Below are positions 48,112-56,284 of a stretch of DNA of 64,000 bases, piece after piece. Numbering within the stretch: position 1 is the stretch's first letter; every line of letters starts with the position of its first letter. The DNA is from Patescibacteria group bacterium. GTDB taxonomy: Bacteria > Patescibacteriota > Minisyncoccia > Minisyncoccales > Staskawiczbacteraceae. The notes beneath the pieces are model-generated. The model made no database searches and was not told where the DNA came from. It was given only the letters and a program-made list of their open reading frames with translations. Made by a program: the position numbers and the translations under genes. The stretch spans positions 49,558 through 113,557 of the forward strand of contig JAHJTG010000005.1 in assembly GCA_018829965.1 (NCBI GenBank), written 5' to 3'.

Positions 48112-49344
48112 CAAAGGAAAATTTTCACAGAATTTTTTAATTTCCTGTCTAACCTTTTTTACTGATTTCGGATTTGAAATAACCTCATTAATCCAACCAG
48201 CTATTTTCTTCATATCTTTTTCCTTCATCCCTCTTGTCGTAATCGCTGGAGTCCCCATTCTAATTCCTGATGGCTTAAAAGGCGGAGCTGGGTCATAAGG
48301 AATGCTGTTTTTGTTTATTGTAATTCCCGCTTCTTCTAGTAAGTTCTGGGCTTCGGGGCCCCCAATGTTTTTATTCCTTAAATCAATTAAAATTAAATGG
48401 TTATCAGTGCCTCCGCTAACTAAATTAAATCCGTATTCTTTTAACCCCTTTGCAAGAGCTTTTGCGTTTTTTACTATCTGCTTCGCATATTTCTTAAAAG
48501 CTGGCGTTGATGCTTCCTTTAAACATACGGCTATTGCAGCAATCTGATGCATATGAGGTCCGCCTTGAAATCCTGGGAAAATTGCCCTGTCAACTTTCTT
48601 TGCTAGCTCAGAATCTTTATCTAACCCTTTTTGAGTGACCATAATTATTCCTCCTCTCGGACCTCGTAAGGTTTTATGAGTTGTTGTTGTAACAATATGA
48701 ACGAAAGGAACTGGGCTTGGATGAGCTCCACCAGCAACTAATCCTGCGATATGAGCGATATCAGCTACCAAATATGCGCCCACAGAATCTGCTATCTTCC
48801 CTAATCTTTTCCAATCAAAAATTCTTGGGTAAGCAGTAGCTCCCACAAAAATTAGTTTTGGTTTATTATCTTTTGCTAATTTTTCCACTTCTTCATAATT
48901 TAAAAGTCCTGTTTTTTCATAAACACCGTATTGAACTGATTTAAAAAACTTAGCAGAAAAATTGACCTTCCAGCCATGAGTTAAATGGCCCCCCATAGGT
49001 AAAGCCATGCCCATTATAGTGTCTCCTGGCTCACAAACAGCCATATAGACTGCTGCATTCGCTGGAGAGCCAGAATATGGCTGGACATTAACATGTAGGA
49101 CTTTAAACAACTTTTTAGCCCGATCTCTACATAAGTCTTCTAAGATATCGTAATACTTTAATCCAGCATAATATCTTTTCCCAGGATAACCTTCAGCATA
49201 TTTATCAGTAAGCAAAGACCCAAGGGCTTCTCGCACAGCCAGAGAAGAATGATTTTCCGAAGGAATCATTTCAAGAGATGTTTTTTGCCTCTCTGCTTCT
49301 AAATCAATTAATTTTGCAATTTGATGATCTTGCTTTTTGAGCAT
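48103..49344 (-). CDS. glyA: serine hydroxymethyltransferase
   Basis: 413 aa with the PLP-lysine region TTTTHKTLRGPRGG. Confidence 0.95.
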   Translation of the reverse strand: MLKKQDHQIAKLIDLEAERQKTSLEMIPSENHSSLAVREALGSLLTDKYAEGYPGKRYYAGLKYYDILEDLCRDRAKKLFKVLHVNVQPYSGSPANAAVYMAVCEPGDTIMGMALPMGGHLTHGWKVNFSAKFFKSVQYGVYEKTGLLNYEEVEKLAKDNKPKLIFVGATAYPRIFDWKRLGKIADSVGAYLVADIAHIAGLVAGGAHPSPVPFVHIVTTTTHKTLRGPRGGIIMVTQKGLDKDSELAKKVDRAIFPGFQGGPHMHQIAAIAVCLKEASTPAFKKYAKQIVKNAKALAKGLKEYGFNLVSGGTDNHLILIDLRNKNIGGPEAQNLLEEAGITINKNSIPYDPAPPFKPSGIRMGTPAITTRGMKEKDMKKIAGWINEVISNPKSVKKVRQEIKKFCENFPLPR

Positions 49345-49375
49345 TTTCCTTTAAATAAAAACTTAGACAAAAAAT

Positions 49376-49540
49376 GCGAAACCCCGCTCAAATTTTGCCA
49401 TAGCGAATACTCTTTTAAATTTATTTTTAACAAACAATTAAATCTCCATCAATCTGCGTGGGGCGAATAGCCCCATCCCTTGTTGGGCGAAGCAGATTGA
49501 CACCCAGCTGTTTCCAAAATTTGAGCTGGGGTTTAGTTTC
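49376..49540. repeat. GC-rich structured element in the glyA 5' region, member of the TTGTTGGGCGAAGCA family
   Basis: Outer inverted repeat AAACCCCGCTCAAATTTTG / CAAAATTTGAGCTGGGGTTT, with inner hairpins CAATCTGC/GCAGATTG and TGGGGCGAATAGCCCCA. Confidence 0.4.
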
Positions 49541-49895
49541 ATAAGTTTATTTATGTTTTTTGATTATATCACTTTTCTCTTTTCTCGAGAAATAAAAAAG
49601 TCCCTACCGATAAGCGATAGGGACTTTATATAATCTATAAGATAATCAGCCGACAAATAATAATTTTTTGGATACTTATGTGAAAACGCACCTCCTTTCA
49701 TTTCTGCCATATAGTTTGGGTTAATCAAATTGATTAACCCAGGCCGACGCCGTCGAATCAGTCAATACTAAATAAGAAATGGACTTTTCTCGTCCTTCGC
49801 ATAGATATCACCTCCTTTATTTTGGCTCTTTTCGGTGGTTATTAAAGTTAATGAACTATACAACATAAATATAATACAGTATGCTAAAAGGCTTG

Positions 49896-50489
49896 TCAAT
49901 AGCGGATAATCTTTTCCCTCTCTTCCGTTAGGTCAACTACTTTTGACGGTCTACTTTTAGATAAATCTCCAGCGTCTATTATTAAACTGGGTTTTATTTT
50001 ATCTCTCGTAAATTGTTCTAAAATCTCCCTAATCTTTACTGTCGCAGGATTTCCTGAAATATTAGCTGAAGTCTGGGCAATAGGAAAATTTATTTTTTCA
50101 AATAAATCTCTTATTAAATTATAATCCGGGATTCTCATACCAATTGTTTTATTTTTCGCAATAACGCCTTTCGGTAAATTATTTTTTGCCTGCAAAATAA
50201 CTGTTATTTTCCCGGGCCAAGCTTTTCTCAAAAATTTTTCCTGCTCTTTGTTAATAAAAGCATACTTTCTCGCCATTTTTATATCTTTAACAAAAACAGC
50301 CAAAGGTTTTACCTTCGCCCGTTTCTTTATCTTAAAAATTTTCTCAACTGTTTTCTTATTTCTAGCATCTGCTAAAATACCGTAAACCGTATCTGTAGGA
50401 AGAACCAATATCTTACCGTTCTTAAATAGCCTTACAGCTTTTTTTATTATATCCTTAGAATTATTTTCTTCTAGCTTTACAATCTCCAT
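49896..50489 (-). CDS. tsaC: L-threonylcarbamoyladenylate synthase (YrdC/TsaC family)
   Basis: 197 aa with ILVLPTDTVYGILADA. Confidence 0.8.
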   Translation of the reverse strand: MEIVKLEENNSKDIIKKAVRLFKNGKILVLPTDTVYGILADARNKKTVEKIFKIKKRAKVKPLAVFVKDIKMARKYAFINKEQEKFLRKAWPGKITVILQAKNNLPKGVIAKNKTIGMRIPDYNLIRDLFEKINFPIAQTSANISGNPATVKIREILEQFTRDKIKPSLIIDAGDLSKSRPSKVVDLTEEREKIIRY

Positions 50490-50557
50490 AATTATGAAGT
50501 AGGGAGGAGTAAAAATTTATTTTTGTTCCGACCGAATGATTAATTATATAAATTGCC

Positions 50558-51298
50558 TCAACGGTTTCTATTTTCTTTTAAGAATTTAGATAATTTTACA
50601 ACATCTCCAGGGTTACCGAAATCTTTCCAATAATCTTTAATCTTTTTAACTTTTACCTTTTTCTCTTTAGCTAAAAGAGAAACTGCATCAGTAATTTCAA
50701 ATTCCCCACGAGGAGATTTTTTTATCTTAGATAACTTACTAAAAACTTCTGGAGTAAATTTATACATCCCAGCATTGATTAAATCTCCCATATATTTTTT
50801 GGGCTTTTCTACAATCTTTTGCAAAAACTCGCCACCATTGACAAGAACACCGTATTTCTCAGGATTTTCGTGACGAAGGCCAGCAACATAATTATATTTA
50901 TCATTAATATTCATCGCCTTTAAATCTTCTACAGAATAGAGATTATCTCCGCAAATAAATAAAAACTGCTCTTTAATAATATCCTTCACGCACATTAGAG
51001 GACAGGCAGTGCCATATATCTTTTCTTTAGGACCCAATTTATCAAACTGGCTCACAAAGACTATTTTAGATTTACCGCTACAAGGCGAAGTATAACTTTT
51101 AATAAAATCCCGAATCATTTCTTCTTTATGTCCAACAACCAAAATTATTTCGCTATAACCAGCCCTGAAGAGATTATCTAAAACATAAGATAAAAAGGGT
51201 CTTTTTTGGACCTTAATTAAATGCTTGCACTTGTTTTTTGTTAGATGAAGCATGCGGGTTCCCTGCCCCGCAGCAGCTACCACAACTTTTTTAATCAT
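50558..51298 (-). CDS. sugar-phosphate nucleotidyltransferase
   Basis: 246 aa with N-terminal VVAAAGQGTRM (GxGTR). Substrate cannot be called. Confidence 0.6.
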   Translation of the reverse strand: MIKKVVVAAAGQGTRMLHLTKNKCKHLIKVQKRPFLSYVLDNLFRAGYSEIILVVGHKEEMIRDFIKSYTSPCSGKSKIVFVSQFDKLGPKEKIYGTACPLMCVKDIIKEQFLFICGDNLYSVEDLKAMNINDKYNYVAGLRHENPEKYGVLVNGGEFLQKIVEKPKKYMGDLINAGMYKFTPEVFSKLSKIKKSPRGEFEITDAVSLLAKEKKVKVKKIKDYWKDFGNPGDVVKLSKFLKENRNR

Positions 51299-51860
51299 GC
51301 GCTAATCCAAATGCCTTTTTATTTAATTCTAAATATTTCTCAGGAATAACTTTCTTAATAGCCCCTAAAATAGAGGTGGTTTTTAAAGGAATTAATTTCT
51401 TGTTAACCGCATAACCCAAAAGGTAAATTCCACTAACGACTTCGTTATTCAATTCTTTTTTACAAATTTCAGAAGCAGAGATTAGATATAAGTTGCTTTT
51501 TGAAATCATTTTTAACTTTCCTAAAATTTCTTCTTTCTTTAAGGATCCTGAAAACGGCAGATAATAATTATTTATTAAAAACTTAGTTTTGCTATTGGCT
51601 TGAGAAAAACCCCTTAATCCTTCCAACACCTCTAACCCAATTATTAAATCAGCCTGGCCTCTTGAAACCAGCGGAGAATAAACTTTCTCGCCGAACCTTA
51701 TATGCGTTTCAACGCTTCCACCTCTCTGTGAAAGCCCATGCAGTTCAGATGACTTTACGTCATAACCTTCAATGAAAGCAGCTTCATTAATAATTGAAAG
51801 CAAGGTAATTATTCCCTGACCACCAACCCCTCTTAGTATAAGATTAAAAGTTTTATCCAT
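51291..51860 (-). CDS. iorB: indolepyruvate/2-oxoacid:ferredoxin oxidoreductase beta (gamma-type) subunit
   Basis: 189 aa with LRGVGGQGI. Confidence 0.6.
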   Translation of the reverse strand: MDKTFNLILRGVGGQGIITLLSIINEAAFIEGYDVKSSELHGLSQRGGSVETHIRFGEKVYSPLVSRGQADLIIGLEVLEGLRGFSQANSKTKFLINNYYLPFSGSLKKEEILGKLKMISKSNLYLISASEICKKELNNEVVSGIYLLGYAVNKKLIPLKTTSILGAIKKVIPEKYLELNKKAFGLAHD

Positions 51861-53505
51861 TTTGTTTCTTTAATAGAAGAGCGCAAATTCTTCGACAAAC
51901 TATTAGCGATACTTCTTTTTTTATTAAGAATTCTTTAACTGCTTCTTCTAATTCTTTTATATTAATAGGGTCTAAAACTTTAATATGCTTTACCCCGCAA
52001 GCCTTAGCAATTTCTTCTATCTTCAATTCCTCTGTATTTTCACCCATCAATGTCTTCCCCATACCAGGATTTACTTGATGACCAGTCATAGCTGTTATTC
52101 TATTGTCTAAAACAACAATCAAAGGACTTGATTTATTATAGACAGTATTTATAAGTGCTGGAATTCCTGAATGGAAAAATGTTCCATCCCCCATAATGGA
52201 TATGACCTTTTGGTCCGTAGCCTTCCCTACGCCATGCGATATCCCCAAGCCAGCTCCCATCGAAAAAAGATAATCCTGCATATTATGAGGAGAAAGACCT
52301 GCAATCATATTACAACCGATGTCGCCACCAAAAATTGTTCCCTCAGTAGCCACTTTTTTTATTATAGGTAAAATATACCAATAAGGACAACCTTCACAAA
52401 GCCTAGCACTTCTTTTGGGTAAGTCTAAGATTTTAGACTTCTCGATTACAAATTTCTTGCCCGTTATTTTCGATAAAGCGATACAGACCTTATCTGTATC
52501 TAATTCTCCAACCGTTGGTAAAACATCTTTGCCATAAATAGTTAATTTATCTTTTGCTAAACGCACTATTTCATTTTCTAAATAAGGATCTAATTCTTCA
52601 ACAACTAGTATTTTCTTTTTGCCTTTTATAAAATCGGTAATCATTTTTTCTGGCAAAGGATAAAAAAATCCTAATTTTAAAACAGGTAGTTGTATTCCTA
52701 ATGTTTTAAGAGCTTCTAAAATATGCAGATAAGAAATACTAGAGGCGATAATGCCAATTTTATTCTTTTTGCCAATAACCTTATTAATTTTAGATTTTTC
52801 TGCAAATTGCCTGATCTTCTCAATTTTTTGCAAAAGCTCTTTTTTCATTTCTAAAACTCTCGGCGGCATTGTACAGAACTGATGCGGATTTTTTATAAAT
52901 ACGCCTTTTGGAATTTTGGATTTGGGATTTGAGATTTGTTTAGGGTTTAGGATTTGGGATTTAGAATTTATCGTAACTGGCATTTTTTGGTGAGAAACTC
53001 TCGTAGTTGTCCTTAAAATTACAGGGATATTAAATTTTTCTGATATTTCAAAGCCTAATTTTGTGAAATCACAGCATTCCTGCGGGTCTGAAGGATCTAA
53101 AATTGGTATACGGCTTAAATAAGCATATCCTCTTGAATCTTGCTCTGATTGGGCAGAACTATGACAAGAAGGATCATCTCCAATAAAAATTACCATCGGA
53201 CCTTTAGTGCCAGTATAGGCTAAAGGCAATAAGCTATCAGAGCAAACATTCACCCCAAAGCTTTTCATATTAACTAAAGTCTTTAAGCCAGAAAAACTAG
53301 CTCCGATTGCAACCTCTAGTGCAACTTTTTCGTTTGTTGACCATTCTGCATAAATACCTTTTTCCTTAGCAATATCTTTGAACCCATCTCCCACTTCAGC
53401 AGAAGGACATCCAGGATAACCGGAAACGAAATCAACGCCTGCTTCTAAGGCGCCCTGAACTATTGCTTCGTTGCCTAATAGAATCTTTTTCATATATATA
53501 AACAA
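51853..53505 (-). CDS. iorA: indolepyruvate:ferredoxin oxidoreductase alpha subunit (TPP-binding)
   Basis: 550 aa with N-terminal LLGNEAIVQGALEAGVDFVSGYPGCPSAEV and TPP motif MGDGTFFHSG. Carries an in-frame heptamer-repeat insert (…INSKSQILNPKQISNPKSKIPKG…). Confidence 0.7.
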   Translation of the reverse strand: MFIYMKKILLGNEAIVQGALEAGVDFVSGYPGCPSAEVGDGFKDIAKEKGIYAEWSTNEKVALEVAIGASFSGLKTLVNMKSFGVNVCSDSLLPLAYTGTKGPMVIFIGDDPSCHSSAQSEQDSRGYAYLSRIPILDPSDPQECCDFTKLGFEISEKFNIPVILRTTTRVSHQKMPVTINSKSQILNPKQISNPKSKIPKGVFIKNPHQFCTMPPRVLEMKKELLQKIEKIRQFAEKSKINKVIGKKNKIGIIASSISYLHILEALKTLGIQLPVLKLGFFYPLPEKMITDFIKGKKKILVVEELDPYLENEIVRLAKDKLTIYGKDVLPTVGELDTDKVCIALSKITGKKFVIEKSKILDLPKRSARLCEGCPYWYILPIIKKVATEGTIFGGDIGCNMIAGLSPHNMQDYLFSMGAGLGISHGVGKATDQKVISIMGDGTFFHSGIPALINTVYNKSSPLIVVLDNRITAMTGHQVNPGMGKTLMGENTEELKIEEIAKACGVKHIKVLDPINIKELEEAVKEFLIKKEVSLIVCRRICALLLKKQNG

Positions 53506-53540
53506 TTCTTATAATAACACAATTTTGTTGTTTTTTTAAA

Positions 53541-54533
53541 CTAAACAACAAAACTCTTAATAATCGCTTCTTTTGTTTTATAAGTATTGCCGTGTTTTAT
53601 CAGTCCAAAATAAGAATTAAGGGGTTCAATATTCAGATTTCTTTTTATCTTCTTAAACATTCTTCTCTTTGTAGCAGTGCGAAGTACCCGATGACTTGGA
53701 AAATTAACCCAACCCAAAAAATCAACCCCAGAGGATAGAGTTTTAATGAATATTTTGTCGGGATGCATGACAAGCCTTAATCTGTTTTGTAAAAAATTGC
53801 TAATTATTTGGATTAAATTTTCTATATGTTTTTTATCTTCAGACAAAACAATAAAATCATCGGCATATCTGATGTAGTATTTTCCTTTTAATTCATGCTT
53901 CATAAACTGGTCAAACTCATTCATATATACGTTGGCAAAAAGCTGAGAAGTTAAGTTGCCAAGAGGCAAACCGGTTTCTTGTTTTCCTGAATTAAAACTG
54001 AATATTATTTCTTTTAAAAGGTAAACAATATTTTTATCCAGTATGTATTGCTCTAAAATATTGACCAAAATATTTTGATCAATTGAGGCAAAAAACTTTT
54101 TAATATCGCATTGTAAAACCCAGCAGGTTTTTGTGTTGTTTTTTGAAACAATATAGATAAACTCTCTGAACCTATTTATGGCCTTATGCGTTCCTTTATA
54201 ATTTCTGCAGGAAAACGAATCTGAAATAAAGGTTTTATCGAAAAACGGGTATAATATACGATATACGGCGCGATGTAATAGGCGATCGCGAACGCTAGCT
54301 TTGTGGATTATTCTTGGTTTTGGATCGCTTACTTTAAAACATTTGTATCCGCCGTGTTTGTAATTATTATTAATCAGGTCGTAATACAATGATAAAATAT
54401 TATCCATCAGACTAAATTGGAATTCTTGTACATCTTTTTTGTTTTTCTTTCCCCTGATAAATTCTTTCCATGTATCTAATAAATTATCAATACTAATAAT
54501 ATCTTCAAATTTATGATTCAATCTTATTTTCAT
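53541..54533 (-). CDS. DGR reverse transcriptase (DGR-2), intact
   Basis: 331 aa from MKIRLNHKFEDI. N-terminal …W..F..GK..K…F…NIL.L..L…Y.HG.Y..F.V.DPK.R.I.KA.V.DR.LHRA pattern, the DGR-specific motif-4 signature LGNLTSQ, and catalytic YIRYADDF. No maturase or endonuclease domains. Confidence 0.85.
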   Translation of the reverse strand: MKIRLNHKFEDIISIDNLLDTWKEFIRGKKNKKDVQEFQFSLMDNILSLYYDLINNNYKHGGYKCFKVSDPKPRIIHKASVRDRLLHRAVYRILYPFFDKTFISDSFSCRNYKGTHKAINRFREFIYIVSKNNTKTCWVLQCDIKKFFASIDQNILVNILEQYILDKNIVYLLKEIIFSFNSGKQETGLPLGNLTSQLFANVYMNEFDQFMKHELKGKYYIRYADDFIVLSEDKKHIENLIQIISNFLQNRLRLVMHPDKIFIKTLSSGVDFLGWVNFPSHRVLRTATKRRMFKKIKRNLNIEPLNSYFGLIKHGNTYKTKEAIIKSFVV

Positions 54534-54896
54534 AATAATAATTTTACTTCTAACCCCCCATTTAGCTTGAGTATAATTCAAAAACTGACGCGGGTTTACA
54601 AACTATGGCAAGAATATTTGCCTGATTTTCCAAAAGATTCAAAATATACTCTTGGCGCAAAAGTTGATTCTTTGTTTTTAGAAGTAATTGAAGAAATAAT
54701 AAAAGCAAGCAGTTCAGATAAAACAGAAAAACTAATTTTTCTTAAAACCGCTTCTGCTAAATTAGACCTGCTTAAATTTTTCTTGCAGATTGTTTGGGAG
54801 ATAAAATCTTTAGATAATAAGAAATACATCTTACTTTCTGAAAAACTGAATGAAATAGGCAAAATGCTTGGAGGATGGATCAAATCGTTAAAGTAA
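54513..54896 (+). CDS. avd: Avd-like four-helix-bundle accessory protein of DGR-2
   Basis: 127 aa, same family pattern as avd of DGR-1 and >90% identical to it over the C-terminal ~100 aa. Divergent to the RT and overlapping its start by ~21 nt. Followed by hairpin GGCGATAAAAATA/TATTTTTATCGCC. Confidence 0.55.
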   Translation: MIQSYFHNNNFTSNPPFSLSIIQKLTRVYKLWQEYLPDFPKDSKYTLGAKVDSLFLEVIEEIIKASSSDKTEKLIFLKTASAKLDLLKFFLQIVWEIKSLDNKKYILLSEKLNEIGKMLGGWIKSLK

Positions 54897-55005
54897 GCAA
54901 AGCATATTTTCGTCATTCATTCGGCGATAAAAATATTAATATTTTTATCGCCCTCATTTATTAGAGAATAAAAACCGCCTAAAAAGGCGGAAAAAACGAA
55001 GAGAT

Positions 55006-55136
55006 TTGCGACGACCGAGGAAGCGATCGTCCTCATACCAAGCATACCCGAAAGAGCGCAGGTTCAAGCGCCGATCATCAGCATGGCTGCACAAACACGG
55101 CACGAGGAGATAGCCACCGGGAATCCGCCAGGACGA
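55006..55136 (-). repeat. DGR-2 template repeat (TR2), 131 bp
   Basis: Aligns without gaps to VR2 with 8 mismatches, 6 at TR adenines in coding sense. Encodes Asn/Tyr-containing SSWRIPGGYLLVPCLCSHADDRRLNLRSFGYAWYEDDRFLGRR. The bidirectional hairpin CCGCCtaaaaaGGCGG lies just outside at 54975-54997. Confidence 0.75.
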
Positions 55137-55503
55137 TATATATAAAACATCATCTATGCCACTGCCCTTCGAAGCTATAAAACGATCTCAGGGCTGTATC
55201 TAATTCGGTATCTAAAATACCTTAATGCTTTATACCAAGTAATCTTCGTTTTTTACTAAATCAGGAACGACTCTTCCAGAAGCCGTAACCGCTGGAATCC
55301 TGCGTTATCCTGAAATATAGAATTCGGCCGCCTGAAGCCTTGACCGCAAACATATTAGCCTACTATCCGAATTAATAATATCATTATTTGTAAAATGTGA
55401 AAACCCCGAAACGAACATTCGTTTCGGGGTTTTATTGCCAAGGGTTCAAGAGACTAAGATTCAATGAAGAATCAAGGTTCCAAGTTCCCAAGGATTTTGA
55501 AGA

Positions 55504-56103
55504 TTACTTGCGACGACCGAGGAAGCGATCGTCCTCATACCAAGCAGACCCGAAAGAGCGCAGCGGCACGCGCCGATCATCAGCAAGGCTGCACAAACAC
55601 GGCACGAGGAGACAGCCACCGGGAACCCGCCAGGACGACTTTAGAGCAACTATCGGAAATTGTCGTTGAAGCTCCGGCTGATCTGATCCTAACGCGAGCA
55701 GGTCTGCGATATCTCCAGGCTCACATCCAGCTTGGGACATTTCAGCAATCGCATCATCACTCGAGATATTACGTTTGAAGTCGAAAAGGATGAATTCTTT
55801 CTCTTCTTTACCACTACCCACGACCGGAAAATGCTCTTGAGTGATATCACTATTTACACAATCATATTTACCAGCTTTAATCATTTCCGCTAAGGTCTTG
55901 GTGCGGTCCACTGTGAGGTTATAGATTGGACGGACAACACCAACAATGAATTTAGCAATTTGTTTTACCAAATCCTCACCCTCAGGTGTCGCGAGCTTAC
56001 GAATGCTCTCGTCATCTCCGCCTAGCTTATAAACTTCTTTTACTAATGCCTGAATTATAGACATTAACACTCCCATCCACGATACAAGATTTGACTTCGC
56101 CAT
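55504..56103 (-). CDS. DGR-2 target (variable) protein with a C-terminal VR
   Basis: 199 aa with SD AAAGGAG upstream. C-terminal 44 aa are encoded by VR2. The middle region is weakly similar to the DGR-1 target. Confidence 0.7.
   Translation of the reverse strand: MAKSNLVSWMGVLMSIIQALVKEVYKLGGDDESIRKLATPEGEDLVKQIAKFIVGVVRPIYNLTVDRTKTLAEMIKAGKYDCVNSDITQEHFPVVGSGKEEKEFILFDFKRNISSDDAIAEMSQAGCEPGDIADLLALGSDQPELQRQFPIVALKSSWRVPGGCLLVPCLCSLADDRRVPLRSFGSAWYEDDRFLGRRK
55508..55638 (-). repeat. DGR-2 variable repeat (VR2)
   Basis: See TR2. Ends at the target stop codon. Confidence 0.75.
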
Positions 56104-56284
56104 TTTTATCTCCTTTTAACTTTTTCGGCAAATCTCCCGTTCCAGAACAACTGAAATCTCAGACTCGCCTTTGGTTGAAACCATTAAACTGCTTTTTTGT
56201 AATCTAATGGTTTCAACCAAATTTATCGCAAGTAATTTTAGATATAAAAGAGCTTACTTACTATTTATAATATAACACGCCTCC

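Noticed and set aside
49780-49825. CACCTCCTTT on the plus strand looking like the 3' end of 16S rRNA
   Set aside because: No upstream 16S hallmarks (GTAACAAGG, helix 44/45 sequence) and only about 12 nt match. Better explained as an SD complement on the minus strand.
55397-55778. Plus-strand ORFs of 90 and 104 aa
   Set aside because: Antisense to the DGR-2 target gene and VR2, Arg/Pro-rich from the GC-rich repeat, with no start context.
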